Part shown: piece after piece, positions 1 to 15,719 of the stretch
Position numbering within the stretch: position 1 is the first letter of the stretch
Layout of the letters: each line of letters starts with the position of its first letter
Source: Eledone cirrhosa
Lineage: Eukaryota
DNA length: 64,000 nt
Direction: 5' to 3'
Assembly: GCA_964016885.1 (NCBI GenBank)
Contig: CAXHJY010001477.1
Coordinates: 310,001-374,000 of the forward strand
Notes under the pieces: model-generated
Databases searched by the model: none
The model's input: only the letters and a program-made list of their open reading frames with translations
Told to the model about the DNA's origin: nothing
Position numbers and translations under genes: made by a program

Positions 1-2269
1 TGTGTAGGAGAGGAGATTGTGTTGGTATAGTCATGTGATGTGTATGGATGGACTGAGAGAGAAACTAGGTATAAGAGGAATCAGATGTAGTGTGTAGGAG
101 ATGAGACTGTGTTGGTATAGACATGTGATGCGTATGGATGGAGGAGAGAGAAACTAGGTATAAGAGGAATCAGATGTAGTGTGTATTAGAGGAGACTGTG
201 TTGGTATAGACATGTGATGTGTATGGATGGACTGAGAGAGAAACTAGGTATAAGAGGAATCAGATGTAGTTTGTAGGAGATGAGACTGTGTTGGTATAGA
301 CATGTGATGCGTATGGATGGAGGAGAGAGAAACTAGGTATAAGAGGAATCAGATGTAGTGTGTAGGAGATGAGACTGTGTTGGTATAGACATGTGATGCG
401 TATGGATGGAGGAGAGAGAAACTAGGTATAAGAGGAATCAGATGAAGTGTGTAGGAGAGGAGATTGTGTTGGTATAGTCATGTGATGTGTATGGATGGAG
501 AGAGAAACTAGGTATAAGAGGAATCAGATGTAGTGTGTATGAGAGGAGACTGTGTTGGTATAGACATGTAATGTGTATGGATGAACTGAGAGAGAGACTA
601 GGTATAAGAGGAATCAGATGTAGTGTGTAGGAGAGGAGACTGTGTTGGTATAAACATGTGATGTGTATGGATGGAGAGAGAGGGAAACTAGGTATGAGAG
701 GAATCAGATGTAGTGGGTAGGAGAGGAGACCGTGTTGGTATAGACATGTGATGTGTATGGATGAATTGGGAGAGAAACTAGGTATGAGAGGAATCAGATG
801 TAGTGTGTAGGAGAGGAGACTGTGTTGGTATAGACATGTGATGTGTATGGATGGACTGAGAGAGAAACTAGGTATAAGAGGAATCAGATGAAGTGTGTAG
901 GAGAGGAGACTGTGTTGGTATAGACATGTGATGTGTATGGATGGAGAGAGAAACTAGGTATAAGAGGAATCAGATGAAATGTGTAGGAGAGGAGACTGTG
1001 TTGGTATAGACATGTGATGTGTATGGATGGACTGAGAGAGAAACTAGGTATGAGAGGAATCAGATGTAGTGTGTAGGAGAGGAGACTGTGTTGGTATAGA
1101 CATGTGATGTGTATGGATGGACTGAGAGAGAAACTAAGAATAAGAGGAATCAGATGTAGTGTGTAGGAGAGGAGACTGTGTTGGTATAGACATGTGATGT
1201 GTAAGGATGGAGAGAGAAACTAGGTATAAGAGGAATCAGATGTAGTGTGTATGAGAGGAGACTGTGTTGGTATAGTCATGTGATGTGTATGGATGAACTG
1301 AGAGAGAAACTAGGTATAAGAGGAATCAGATGTAGTGTGTAGGAAAGGAGACTGTGTTGGTATAGACATGTGATGTGTATGGATGGAGAGAGAATCTAGG
1401 TATAAGAGGAATCAGATGTAGTGTGTATGAGAGGAGACTGTGTTGGTATAGTCATGTGATGTGTATGGATGAACTGAGAGAGAAACTAGGTATAAGAGGA
1501 ATCAGATGTAGGAGAGGAGACTGTGTTGGTATAGACATGTGATGTGTATGGATGAACTGGGAGAGAAACTAGGTATAAGAGGAATCAGATGTAGTGTGTA
1601 GGAGAGGAGACTGTGTTGGTATAAACATGTGATGTGTATGGATGAACTGAGAGAGAAACTAGGGATAAGAGGAATCAGATGTAGTGTGTAGGAGAGGAGA
1701 CTGTGTTGGCATAGACATGTGATGTGTATGGATGAACTGGGAGAGAAACTAGGTATAAGAGGAATCAGATGTAGTGTGTAGGAGAGGACACTGTGTTGGT
1801 ATAGACATGTGATGTGTATGGATGGAGAGAGAAACTAGGGATAAGAGGAATCAGAGGTAGTGTGTAGGAGAGGAGACTGTGTTGGCATAGACATGTGATG
1901 TGTATGGATGAACTGGGAGAGAAACTAGGTATAAGAGGAATCAGATGTAGTGTGTAGGAGAGGACACTGTGTTGGTATAGACATGTGATGTGTATGGATG
2001 GAGAGAGAAACTAGGTATAAGAGGAATCAGATGTAGTGTGTAGGAGAGGACACTGTGTTGGTATAGACATGTGATGTGTATGGATGGAGAGAGAAACTAG
2101 GTATGAGGGGAATCAGTTGTAGTGTGTAGGAGAGGAGACTGTGTTGGTATAGACATGTGATGTGTATGGATGGACTGGAAGCGAAACTAGGTATAAGAGG
2201 AATCAGATGTAGTGTGTAGGAGAGGAGACTGTGTTGGAATAAACATGTGATGTGTATGGATGAACTGAG

Positions 2270-5200
2270 AGAGAAACTAGGTATAAGAGGAATCAGATGT
2301 AGTTTGTAGGAGAGGAGACTGTGTTGGTATAGACATGTGATGTGTACGGATGAACTGGGAGAGAAACTATGTATAAGAGGAATCAGATGTAGTTTGTAGG
2401 AGAGGAGACTGTGTTGGTATAGACATGTGATGTGTATGGATGAACTGGGAGAGAAACTAGGTATAAGGGGAATCAGAAGTAGTGTGTAGGAGAGGACACT
2501 GTGTTGGTATAGACATGTGATGTGTATGGATGGAGAGAGAAACTAGGTATAAGAGGAATCAGATGTAGTGTGTAGGAGAGGAGACTGTGTTGGTATAGAC
2601 ATGTGATGTGTATGGATGAACTGGGAGAGAAACTAGGTATAAGAGGAAGCAGATGTAGTGTGTAGGAGAGGACACTGTGTTGGTATAGACATGTGATGTG
2701 TATGGATGGAGAGAGAAACTAGGTATAAGAGGAATCAGATGTAGTGTGTAGGAGAGGAGACTGTGTTGGTATAGACATGTGATGTGTATGGATGAACTGG
2801 GAGAGAAACTAGGTATAAGAGGAAGCAGATGTAGTGTGTAGGAGAGGACACTGTGTTGGTATAGACATGTGATGTGTATGGATGGAGAGAGAAACTAGGT
2901 ATAAGAGGAATCAGATGTAGTGTGTAGGAGAGGACACTCTGTTGGTATAGACATGTGATGTGTATGGATGGAGAGAGAAACTAGGGATAAGAGGAATCAG
3001 AGGTAGTGTGTAGGAGAGGAGACTGTGTTGGCATAGACATGTGATGTGTATGGATGAACTGGGAGAGAAACTAGGTATAAGAGGAATCAGATGTAGTGTG
3101 TAGGAGAGGACACTGTGTTGGTATAGACATGTGATGTGTATGGATGGAGAGAGAAACTAGGTACAAGAGGAATCAGATGTAGTGTGTAGGAGAGGAGACT
3201 GTGTTGGTATAGACATGTGATGTGTATGGATGAACTGAGAGAGAAACTAGGTATAAGAGGAATCAGATGAAGTGCGTAGGAGACGAGACTGTGTTGGTAT
3301 AGACATGTGATGTGTATGGATGGAGAGAGAAACTAGGTATAAGAAGAATCAGATGTAGAGTGTAGGACAGGAGAGTGTGTTGGTATAGACATGTGATGTG
3401 TATGGATGGAGAGAGAAACTAGGTATAAGAGGAATCAGATGTAGAGTGTAGGAGAGGAGACTGTGTTGGTATAGACATGTGATGTGTATGGATGAACTGG
3501 GAGAGAAACTAGGTATAAGGGGAATCAGATGTAGTGTGTATGAGAGGAGACTGTGTTGGTATAGTCATGTGATGTGTATGGATGAACTGGGAGAGAAACT
3601 AGGTATAAGAGGAATCAGATGTAGTGTGTTGGAGAGGAGACTGTGTTGATATAGACATGTGATGTGTATGGATGAACTGGGAGAGAAACTAGGTATAAGG
3701 GGAATCAGATGTAGTGTGTATGAGAGGAGACTGTGTTGGTATAGTCATGTGATGTGTATGGATGGACTGGGAGAGAAACAAGGTATAAGAGGAATCAGAT
3801 GTAGTGTATAGGAGTGGAGACTGTATTGGTATAGAGATGTGATGTGTATGGATGGACTGGGAGAGAAACTAGGTATAAGAGGAATCAGATGTAGTGTGTA
3901 GGAGAGGAGACTGTGTTGGTATAGACATGTGATGTGTAAGGATGGAGAGAGAAACTAGGTATAAGAGGAATCAGATGTAGTGTGTATGAGAGGAGACTGT
4001 GTTGATATAGACATGTGATGTGTATGGATGAACTGGGAGAGAAACAAGGTATAAGAGGAATCAGATGTAGTGTATAGGAGAGGAGACTGTATTGGTATAG
4101 AGATGTGATGTGTATGGATGGACTGGGAGAGAAACTAGGTATAAGAGGAATCAGATGTAGTGTGTAGGAGAGGAGACTGTGTTGGTATAGACATGTGATG
4201 TGTAAGGATGGAGAGAGAAACTAGGTATAAGAGGAATCAGATGTAGTGTGTATGAGAGGAGACTGTGTTGGTATAGTCATGTGAAGTGTATGGATGAACT
4301 GAGACAGAAACTAGGTATAAGAGGAATCAGATATAGTATGTAGGAGTGGACACTGTGTTGGTATAGACATGTGATGTGTATGGTTGAACTGGGAGAGAAA
4401 CCATATATAAGAGGAATCAGATGTAGTGCGTAGGAGACGAGACTGTGTTGGTATAGACATGTGATGTGTATGGATGGAGAGAGAAACTAGGTATAAGAAG
4501 AATCAGATGTAGAGTGTAGGACAGGAGACTGTGTTGGTATAGACATGTGATGTGTATGGATGAACTGAGAGAGAAACTATGTATAAGAGGAATCAGATGT
4601 AGTGTGTAGGAGAGGAGACTGTGTTGGTATAGACATGTGATGAGTAAGGATGGAGAGAGAAACTATGTATAAGAGGAATCAGATGTAGTGTGTAGGAGAG
4701 GAGACTGTGTTGGTATAGACATGTGATGTGTATGGATGAACTGGGAGAGAAACTAGGTATAAGAGGAATCAGATATAGTGTGTAGGAGAGGACACTGTGT
4801 TGGTATAGACATGTGATGTGTATGGATGAACTGGGAGAGAAACCATATATAAGAGGAATCAGATGTAGTGCGTAGGAGATGAGACTGTGTTGGTATAGAC
4901 ATGTGATGTGTATGGATGGAGAGAGAAACTAGGTATAAGAAGAATCAGATGTAGAGTGTAGGACAGGAGACTGTGTTGGTATAGACATGTGATGTGTATG
5001 GATGAACTGAGAGAGAAACTAGGTATAAGAGGAATCAGATGTAGTTTGTAGGAGAGGAGACTGTGTTGGTATAGACATGTGATGTGTACGGATGAACTGG
5101 GAGAGAAACTATGTATAAGAGGAATCAGATATAGTTTGTAGGAGAGGAGACTGTGTTGGTATAGACATGTGATGTGTATGGATGAACTGGGAGAGAAACT

Positions 5201-7760
5201 AGGTATAAGGGGAATCAGAAGTAGTGTGTAGGAGAGGACACTGTGTTGGTATAGACATGTGATGTGTATGGATGGAGAGAGAAACTAGGTATAAGAGGAA
5301 TCAGATGTAGTGTGTAGGAGAGGAGACTGTGTTGGTATAGACATGTGATGTGTATGGATGAACTGGGAGAGAAACTAGGTATAAGAGGAAGCAGATGTAG
5401 TGTGTAGGAGAGGACACTGTGTTGGTATAGACATGTGATGTGTATGGATGGAGAGAGAAACTAGGTATAAGAGGAATCAGATGTAGTGTGTAGGAGAGGA
5501 GACTGTGTTGGTATAGACATGTGATGTGTATGGATGAACTGGGAGAGAAACTAGGTATAAGAGGAAGCAGATGTAGTGTGTAGGAGAGGACACTGTGTTG
5601 GTATAGACATGTGATGTGTATGGATGGAGAGAGAAACTAGGTATAAGAGGAATCAGATGTAGTGTGTAGGAGAGGACACTCTGTTGGTATAGACATGTGA
5701 TGTGTATGGATGGAGAGAGAAACTAGGGATAAGAGGAATCAGAGGTAGTGTGTAGGAGAGGAGACTGTGTTGGCATAGACATGTGATGTGTATGGATGAA
5801 CTGGGAGAGAAACTAGGTATAAGAGGAATCAGATGTAGTGTGTAGGAGAGGACACTGTGTTGGTATAGACATGTGATGTGTATGGATGGAGAGAGAAACT
5901 AGGTACAAGAGGAATCAGATGTAGTGTGTAGGAGAGGAGACTGTGTTGGTATAGACATGTGATGTGTATGGATGAACTGAGAGAGAAACTAGGTATAAGA
6001 GGAATCAGATGAAGTGCGTAGGAGACGAGACTGTGTTGGTATAGACATGTGATGTGTATGGATGGAGAGAGAAACTAGGTATAAGAAGAATCAGATGTAG
6101 AGTGTAGGACAGGAGAGTGTGTTGGTATAGACATGTGATGTGTATGGATGGAGAGAGAAACTAGGTATAAGAGGAATCAGATGTAGAGTGTAGGAGAGGA
6201 GACTGTGTTGGTATAGACATGTGATGTGTATGGATGAACTGGGAGAGAAACTAGGTATAAGGGGAATCAGATGTAGTGTGTATGAGAGGAGACTGTGTTG
6301 GTATAGTCATGTGATGTGTATGGATGAACTGGGAGAGAAACTAGGTATAAGAGGAATCAGATGTAGTGTGTTGGAGAGGAGACTGTGTTGATATAGACAT
6401 GTGATGTGTATGGATGAACTGGGAGAGAAACTAGGTATAAGGGGAATCAGATGTAGTGTGTATGAGAGGAGACTGTGTTGGTATAGTCATGTGATGTGTA
6501 TGGATGGACTGGGAGAGAAACAAGGTATAAGAGGAATCAGATGTAGTGTATAGGAGTGGAGACTGTATTGGTATAGAGATGTGATGTGTATGGATGGACT
6601 GGGAGAGAAACTAGGTATAAGAGGAATCAGATGTAGTGTGTAGGAGAGGAGACTGTGTTGGTATAGACATGTGATGTGTAAGGATGGAGAGAGAAACTAG
6701 GTATAAGAGGAATCAGATGTAGTGTGTATGAGAGGAGACTGTGTTGATATAGACATGTGATGTGTATGGATGAACTGGGAGAGAAACAAGGTATAAGAGG
6801 AATCAGATGTAGTGTATAGGAGAGGAGACTGTATTGGTATAGAGATGTGATGTGTATGGATGGACTGGGAGAGAAACTAGGTATAAGAGGAATCAGATGT
6901 AGTGTGTAGGAGAGGAGACTGTGTTGGTATAGACATGTGATGTGTAAGGATGGAGAGAGAAACTAGGTATAAGAGGAATCAGATGTAGTGTGTATGAGAG
7001 GAGACTGTGTTGGTATAGTCATGTGAAGTGTATGGATGAACTGAGACAGAAACTAGGTATAAGAGGAATCAGATATAGTATGTAGGAGTGGACACTGTGT
7101 TGGTATAGACATGTGATGTGTATGGTTGAACTGGGAGAGAAACCATATATAAGAGGAATCAGATGTAGTGCGTAGGAGACGAGACTGTGTTGGTATAGAC
7201 ATGTGATGTGTATGGATGGAGAGAGAAACTAGGTATAAGAAGAATCAGATGTAGAGTGTAGGACAGGAGACTGTGTTGGTATAGACATGTGATGTGTATG
7301 GATGAACTGAGAGAGAAACTATGTATAAGAGGAATCAGATGTAGTGTGTAGGAGAGGAGACTGTGTTGGTATAGACATGTGATGAGTAAGGATGGAGAGA
7401 GAAACTATGTATAAGAGGAATCAGATGTAGTGTGTAGGAGAGGAGACTGTGTTGGTATAGACATGTGATGTGTATGGATGAACTGGGAGAGAAACTAGGT
7501 ATAAGAGGAATCAGATATAGTGTGTAGGAGAGGACACTGTGTTGGTATAGACATGTGATGTGTATGGATGAACTGGGAGAGAAACCATATATAAGAGGAA
7601 TCAGATGTAGTGCGTAGGAGATGAGACTGTGTTGGTATAGACATGTGATGTGTATGGATGGAGAGAGAAACTAGGTATAAGAAGAATCAGATGTAGAGTG
7701 TAGGACAGGAGACTGTGTTGGTATAGACATGTGATGTGTATGGATGAACTGAGAGAGAAA
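2270..7760 (+). repeat. Higher-order duplication, period 2742 bp (about 31 monomers), 2 copies
   Basis: Rare variants recur at a fixed offset: gtgtaCggatg at 2347/5089 and ggaaGcag at 2649/5391. Boundaries approximate. Confidence 0.85.
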
Positions 7761-10700
7761 CTAGGTATAAGAGGAATCAGATGTAGAGTGTAGGAGAGGA
7801 GACTGTGTTGGTATAGACATGTGACGTGTATAGATGGAGAGAGAAACTATGTATAAGAGGAATCAGATGTAGAGTGTAGGACAGGAGACTGTGTTGGTAT
7901 AGACATGTGATGTGTATGGATGGAGAGAGAAACTAGGTATAAGAGGAATCAGATGTAGTGTGTAGGAGAGGAGACTGTGTTGGTATAGACATGTGATGTG
8001 TATGGATGAACTGGGAGAGAAACTAGGTATAAGAGGAATCAGATGTAGAGTGTAGGAGAGGAGACTGTGTTGGTATAGACATGTGACGTGTATAGATGGA
8101 GAGAGAAACTATGTATAAGAGGAATCAGATGTAGTGTGTAGGAGAGGAGACTGTGTTGGTATAGACATGTGATGTGTATGGATGAACTGGGAGAGAAACT
8201 AGGTATAAGAGGAATCAGATGTAGAGTGTAGGAGAGGAGACTGTGTTGGTATAGACATGTGACGTGTATAGATGGAGAGAGAAACTATGTATAAGAGGAA
8301 TCAGATGTAGTGTGTAGGAGAGGAGACTGTGTTGGTATAGACATGTGATGTGTATGGATGAACTGGGAGAGAAACTAGGTATAAGAGGAATCAGATGTAG
8401 TGTGTTGGAGAGGAGACTGTGTTGATATAGACATGTGATGTGTATGGATGAACTGGGAGAGAAACTAGGAATAAGGGGAATCAGATGTAGTGTGTATGAG
8501 AGGAGACTGTGTTGGTATAGTCATGTGATGTGTATGGATGAACTGGGAGAGAAACAAGGTATAATAGGAATCAGATGTAGTGCGTAGGAGACGAGAATGT
8601 GATGGTATAGACATGTGATGTGTATGGATGGACTGAGAGAGAAACTAGGTATCAGAGGAATCAGGTGTGTAGGAGAGGAGACTGTGTTGGTATAGACATG
8701 TGATGTGTATGGATGGAGAGAGAAACTAGGTATCAAAGGAATCAGATGTAGTTTGTAGGAGAGGAGACTGTGTTGGTATACACATTCTATGTGTATGGAT
8801 GAATTGAGAGAGAAACTAGGTATAAGAGGAATCAGATGTAGTGTGTAGGAGAGGAGATGGTGTTGGTATAGACATGTGATGTGTATGGATGGAGAGAGAA
8901 ACTAGGTATAAGAGGAATCAGATGTAGAGTGTAGGAGAGGAGACTGTGTTGGTATAGACATGTGATGTGTATGGATGGAGAGAGAAACTAGGTATAAGAA
9001 GAATCAGTTGTAGTGTGTAGGAGAGGACACTGTGTTGATATAGACATGCGATGTGTATGGATGAACTGGGAGAGAAACTAGGTATAAGGGGAATCAGATG
9101 TAGTGTGTATGAGAGGAGACTGTGTTGGTATAGTCATGTGATGTGTATGGATGAACTGGGAGAGAAACAAGGTATAAGAGGAATCAGATGTAGTGCGTAG
9201 GAGAGGAGATGGTGTTGGTATAGACATGTCATGTGTATGGATGGAGGGAGAAACTAGTTATGAGAGGAATCAGATGTAGAGTGTATTAGAGGAGTCTGTG
9301 TTGGTATAGACATGTGATGTGTATGGATGGACTGAGAGAGAAACTAGGTATAAGAGGAATCAGATGTAGTGTGTAGGAGAGGAGACTGTGTTGGTATAGA
9401 CATGTGATGTGTATGGATGGACTGAGAGAGAAACTAGGTATGAGAGGAATCAGATGTAGTGTGTAGGAGAGGAGACTGTGTTGGTATAGACATGTGATGT
9501 GTAGGGATGGAGAGAGAAACTAGGTACAAGAGGAATCAGATGTAGTGTGTAGGAGAGGAGACTGTGTTGGTATAAACATGTGATGTGTATGGATGGAGAG
9601 GGAAACTAGTTATAAGAGGAATCAGATGTAGTGTGTATTAGAGGAGACTGTGTTGGTATAGACTGTGATGTGTATGGATGGACTGAGAGAGAAACTCGGT
9701 ATAAGAGGAATCAGATGTAGTGTGTAGGAGAGGAGACTGTGTTGGTATAGTCTTGTGATGTGTAGGGATGGAGAGAGAAACTAGGTATAAGAGGAATCAG
9801 ATGTAGTGTGTAGGAGAGGAGACTGTGTTGGTATAGACATGTGATGTGTATGGATGGAGAGGGAAAGTAGTTATAAGAGGAATCAGATGTAGTGTGTATT
9901 AGAGGAGACTGTGTTGGTATAGACTGTGATGTGAATGGATGGACTGAGAGAGAAACTAGGTATGAGAGGAATCAGATGTAGTGTGTAGGAGAGGAGACTG
10001 TGTTGGTATAGACATGTGATGTGTAAGGATGGAGAGAGAAACAAGGTATAAGAGGAATCAGATGTAGTGTGTATGAGAGGAGACTGTGTTGGTATAGTCA
10101 TGTGAAGTGTATGGATGAACTGAGACAGAAACTAGGTATAAGAGGAATCAGATATAGTGTGTAGGAGTGGACACTGTGTTGGTATAGACATGTGATGTGT
10201 ATGGATGAACTGGGAGAGAAACCATATATAAGAGGAATCAGATGTAGTGCGTAGGAGACGAGACTGTGTTGGTATAGACATGTGATGTGTATGGATGGAG
10301 AGAGAAACTAGGTATAAGAAGAATCAGATGTAGAGTGTAGGACAGGAGACTGTGTTGGTATAGACATGTGATGTGTATGGATGAACTGAGAGAGAAACTA
10401 GGTATAAGAGGAATCAGATGTAGTGTGTAGGAGAGGAGACTGTGTTGGTATAGACATGTGATGAGTAAGGATGGAGAGAGAAACTATGTATAAGAGGAAT
10501 CAGATGTAGTGTGTAGGAGAGGAGACTGTGTTGGTATAGACATGTGATGTGTATGGATGAACTGGGAGAGAAACTAGGTATAAGAGGAATCAGATATAGT
10601 GTGTAGGAGAGGACACTGTGTTGGTATAGACATGTGATGTGTATGGATGAACTGGGAGAGAAACCATATATAAGAGGAATCAGATGTAGTGCATAGGAGA

Positions 10701-12990
10701 CGAGACTGTGTTGGTATAGACATGTGATGTGTATGGATGAAGTGGGAGAGAAACTAGGTATAAGAGGAATCAGATGTAGAGTGTAGGAGAGGAGACTGTG
10801 TTGGTATAGACATGTGACGTGTATAGATGGAGAGAGAAACTATGTATAAGAGGAATCAGATGTAGAGTGTAGGACAGGAGACTGTGTTGGTATAGACATG
10901 TGATGTGTATGGATGGAGAGAGAAACTAGGTATAAGAGGAATCAGATGTAGTGTGTAGGAGAGGAGACTGTGTTGGTATAGACATGTGATGTGTATGGAT
11001 GAACTGGGAGAGAAACTAGGTATAAGAGGAATCAGATGTAGAGTGTAGGAGAGGAGACTGTGTTGGTATAGACATGTGACGTGTATAGATGGAGAGAGAA
11101 ACTAGTTATAAGAGGAATCAGATGTAGTGTGTAGGAGAGGAGACTGTGTTGGTATAGACATGTGATGTGTATGGATGAACTGGGAGAGAAACTAGGTATA
11201 AGAGGAATCAGATGTAGAGTGTAGGAGAGGAGACTGTGTTGGTATAGACATGTGACGTGTATAGATGGAGAGAGAAACTATGTATAAGAGGAATCAGATG
11301 TAGTGTGTAGGAGAGGAGACTGTGTTGGTATAGACATGTGATGTGTATGGATGAACTGGGAGAGAAACTAGGTATAAGAGGAATCAGATGTAGTGTGTTG
11401 GAGAGGAGACTGTGTTGATATAGACATGTGATGTGTATGGATGAACTGGGAGAGAAACTAGGAATAAGGGGAATCAGATGTAGTGTGTATGAGAGGAGAC
11501 TGTGTTGGTATAGTCATGTGATGTGTATGGATGAACTGGGAGAGAAACAAGGTATAAGAGGAATCAGATGTAGTGCGTAGGAGACGAGAATGTGATGGTA
11601 TAGACATGTGATGTGTATGGATGGACTGAGAGAGAAACTAGGTATCAGAGGAATCAGGTGTGTAGGAGAGGAGACTGTGTTGGTATAGACATGTGATGTG
11701 TATGGATGGAGAGAGAAACTAGGTATCAAAGGAATCAGATGTAGTTTGTAGGAGAGGAGACTGTGTTGGTATACACATTCTATGTGTATGGATGAATTGA
11801 GAGAGAAACTAGGTATAAGAGGAATCAGATGTAGTGTGTAGGAGAGGAGATGGTGTTGGTATAGACATGTGATGTGTATGGATGGAGAGAGAAACTAGGT
11901 ATAAGAGGAATCAGATGTAGAGTGTAGGAGAGGAGACTGTGTTGGTATAGACATGTGATGTGTATGGATGGAGAGAGAAACTAGGTATAAGAAGAATCAG
12001 TTGTAGTGTGTAGGAGAGGACACTGTGTTGATATAGACATGTGATGTGTATGGATGAACTGGGAGAGAAACTAGGTATAAGGGGAATCAGATGTAGTGTG
12101 TATGAGAGGAGACTGTGTTGGTATAGTCATGTGATGTGTATGGATGAACTGGGAGAGAAACAAGGTATAAGAGGAATCAGATGTAGTGCGTAGGAGAGGA
12201 GATGGTGTTGGTATAGACATGTCATGTGTATGGATGGAGGGAGAAACTAGTTATGAGAGGAATCAGATGTAGAGTGTATTAGAGGAGTCTGTGTTGGTAT
12301 AGACATGTGATGTGTATGGATGGACTGAGAGAGAAACTAGGTATAAGAGGAATCAGATGTAGTGTGTAGGAGAGGAGACTGTGTTGGTATAGACATGTGA
12401 TGTGTATGGATGGACTGAGAGAGAAACTAGGTATGAGAGGAATCAGATGTAGTGTGTAGGAGAGGAGACTGTGTTGGTATAGACATGTGATGTGTAGGGA
12501 TGGAGAGAGAAACTAGGTACAAGAGGAATCAGATGTAGTGTGTAGGAGAGGAGACTGTGTTGGTATAAACATGTGATGTGTATGGATGGAGAGGGAAACT
12601 AGTTATAAGAGGAATCAGATGTAGTGTGTATTAGAGGAGACTGTGTTGGTATAGACTGTGATGTGTATGGATGGACTGAGAGAGAAACTCGGTATAAGAG
12701 GAATCAGATGTAGTGTGTAGGAGAGGAGACTGTGTTGGTATAGTCTTGTGATGTGTAGGGATGGAGAGAGAAACTAGGTATAAGAGGAATCAGATGTAGT
12801 GTGTAGGAGAGGAGACTGTGTTGGTATAGACATGTGATGTGTATGGATGGAGAGGGAAAGTAGTTATAAGAGGAATCAGATGTAGTGTGTATTAGAGGAG
12901 ACTGTGTTGGTATAGACTGTGATGTGTATGGATGGACTGAGAGAGAAACTAGGTATGAGAGGAATCAGATGTAGTGTGTAGGAGAGGAGA
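7000..12990 (+). repeat. Higher-order duplication, period about 2993 bp
   Basis: Near-identical spurious ORFs at 8521 and 11514 (offset 2993); shared rare variants cacattctat, tcaggtgtgtagg and gtatcaaagg. The left part differs by monomer indels; boundaries approximate. Confidence 0.8.
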
Positions 12991-15719
12991 CTGTGTTGGT
13001 ATAGACATGTGATGCGTATGGATGGAGGAGAGAGAAACTAGGTATAAGAGGAATCAGATTAAGTGTGTAGGAGAGGAGATTGTGTTGGTATAGACGTGTG
13101 ATGTGTATGGATGGAGAGAGAAACTAGGTATAAGAGGGATCAGATGTAGTGTGTAGGAGAGGAGACTGTGTTGGTATAAACATGTGATGTGTATGGATGG
13201 AGAGAGAGGGAAACTAGGTATGAGAGGAATCAGATGTAGTGTGTAGGAGAGAAGACTGTGTTGGTATAGAATGTGATGTGTATGGATGGAGAGAGAAACT
13301 AGGTATAACAGGGATCAGATGTAGTGTGTAGGAGACGAGACTGTGTTGGTATAGACATGTGATGTGTATGGATGAACTGGGAGAGAAACTAGGTATAAGA
13401 GGAATCAGATGTAGTGTGTAGGAAAGGAGACTGTGTTGGTATAGACATGTGATGTGTATGGATGGAGAGAGAATCTAGGTATAAGAGGAATCAGATGTAG
13501 TGTGTATGAGAGGAGACTGTGTTGGTATAGTCATGTGATGTGTATGGATGAACTGAGAGAGAAACTAGGTATAAGAGGAATCAGATGTAGTGTGTAGGAG
13601 AGGAGACAGTGTTGGTATAGACATGTGATGAGTAAGGATGGAGAGAGAAACTATGTATAAGAGGAATCAGATGTAGTGTATAGGAGAGGAGACTGTGTTG
13701 GTATAGACATGTGATGTGTATGGATGAACTGGGAGAGAAACTAGGTATAAGAGGAATCAGATGTAGAGTGTAGGAGAGGAGACTGTGTTGGTATAGACAT
13801 GTGATGTGTATGGATGAACTGGGAGAGAAACTAGGTATAAGAGGAATCAGATGTAGTGTGTAGGAGAGGAGACTGTGTTGGTATAGACATGTGATGTGTA
13901 TGGATGAACTGGGAGAGAAACTAGGTATAAGAGGAATCAGATGTAGTGCGTAGGAGAGGAGACTATGTTCGTATAGACATGTGATGTGTATGGATGGAGA
14001 GAGAGAGAAACTAGGTATAAGAGGAATCAGATGTAGTCTGTAGGAGAGGAGACTGTGTTGGTATAGACATGTGATGTGTATGGATGAACTGGGAGAGAAA
14101 CTAGGTATAAGAGGAATCAGATGTAGTGTGTAGGAGAGGACACTGTGTTGGTATAGACATGTGACGCGTATAGATGGAGAGAGAAACTATGTATAAGAGG
14201 AATCAGATGTAGAGTGTAGGACAGGAGACTGTGTTGGTATAGACATGTGATGTGTATGGATGGAGAGAGAAACTAGGTATAAGAGGAATCAGATGTAGTG
14301 TGTAGGAGAGGAGACTGTGTTGGTATAGATATGTGATGTGTATGGATGAACTGGCAGAGAAACTAGGTATAAGAGGAATCAGATGTAGAGTGTAGGAGAG
14401 GAGACTGTGTTGGTATAGACATGTGACGTGTATAGATGGAGAGAGAAACTATGTATAAGAGGAATCAGATGTAGTGTGTAGGAGAGGAGACTGTGTTGGT
14501 ATAGACATGTGATGTGTATGGATGAACTGGGAGAGAAACTAGGTATAAGAGGAATCAGATGTAGAGTGTAGGAGAGGAGACTGTGTTGGTATAGACATGT
14601 GACGTGTATAGATGGAGAGAGAAACTATGTATAAGAGGAATCAGATGTAGTGTGTAGGAGAGGAGACTGTGTTGGTATAGACATGTGATGTGTATGGATG
14701 AACTGGGAGAGAAACTAGGTATAAGAGGAATCAGATGTAGTGTGTTGGAGAGGAGACTGTGTTGATATAGACATGTGATGTGTATGGATGAACTGAGAGA
14801 GAAACTAGGTATAAGAGGAATCAGATGTAGTGTGTAGGGAAGGAGACTGTGTTGGTATAGACATGTGATGTGTATGGATGGAGAGAGAATCTAGGTATAA
14901 GAGGAATCAGATGTAGTGTGTATGAGAGGAGACTGTGTTGGTATAGTCATGTGATGTGTATGGATGAACTGAGAGAGAAACTATGTATAAGAGGAATCAG
15001 ATGTAGTGTGTAGGAGAGGAGACTGTGTTGGTATAGACATGTGATGTGTATGGATGAACTGGGAGAGAAACTAGGTATAAGGGGAATCAGATGTAGTGTG
15101 TATGAGAGGAGACTGTGTTGGTATAGTCATGTGATGTGTATGGATGAACTGGGAGAGAAACAAGGGATAAGAGGAATCAGATGTAGTGCGTAGGAGACGA
15201 GACTGTGATGGTATAGACATGTGATGTGTATGGATGGACTGAGAGAGAAACTAGGTATAAGAGGAATCAGGTGTGTAGGAGAGGAGACTGTGTTGGTATA
15301 GACATGTGATGTGTATGGATGGAGAGAGAAACTAGGTATAAAAGGAATCAGATGTAGTTTGTAGGAGAGGAGACTGTGTTGGTATAGACATTCTATGTGT
15401 ATGGATGAATTGAGAGAGGAACTAGGTATAAGAGGAATCAGATGTAGTGTGTAGGAGAGGAGGTGGTGTTGGTATAGACATGTGATGTGTATGGATGGAG
15501 AGAGAAACTAGGTATAAGAGGAATCAGATGTAGAGTGTAGGAGAGGAGACTGTGTTGGTATAGACATGTGATGTGTATGGATGGAGAGAGAAACTAGGTA
15601 TAAGAAGAATCAGTTGTAGTGTGTAGGAGAGGACACTGTGTTGATATAGACATGTGATGTGTATGGAATAAACTGGGAGAGAAACTAGGTATAAGGGGAA
15701 TCAGATGTAGTGTGTATGA

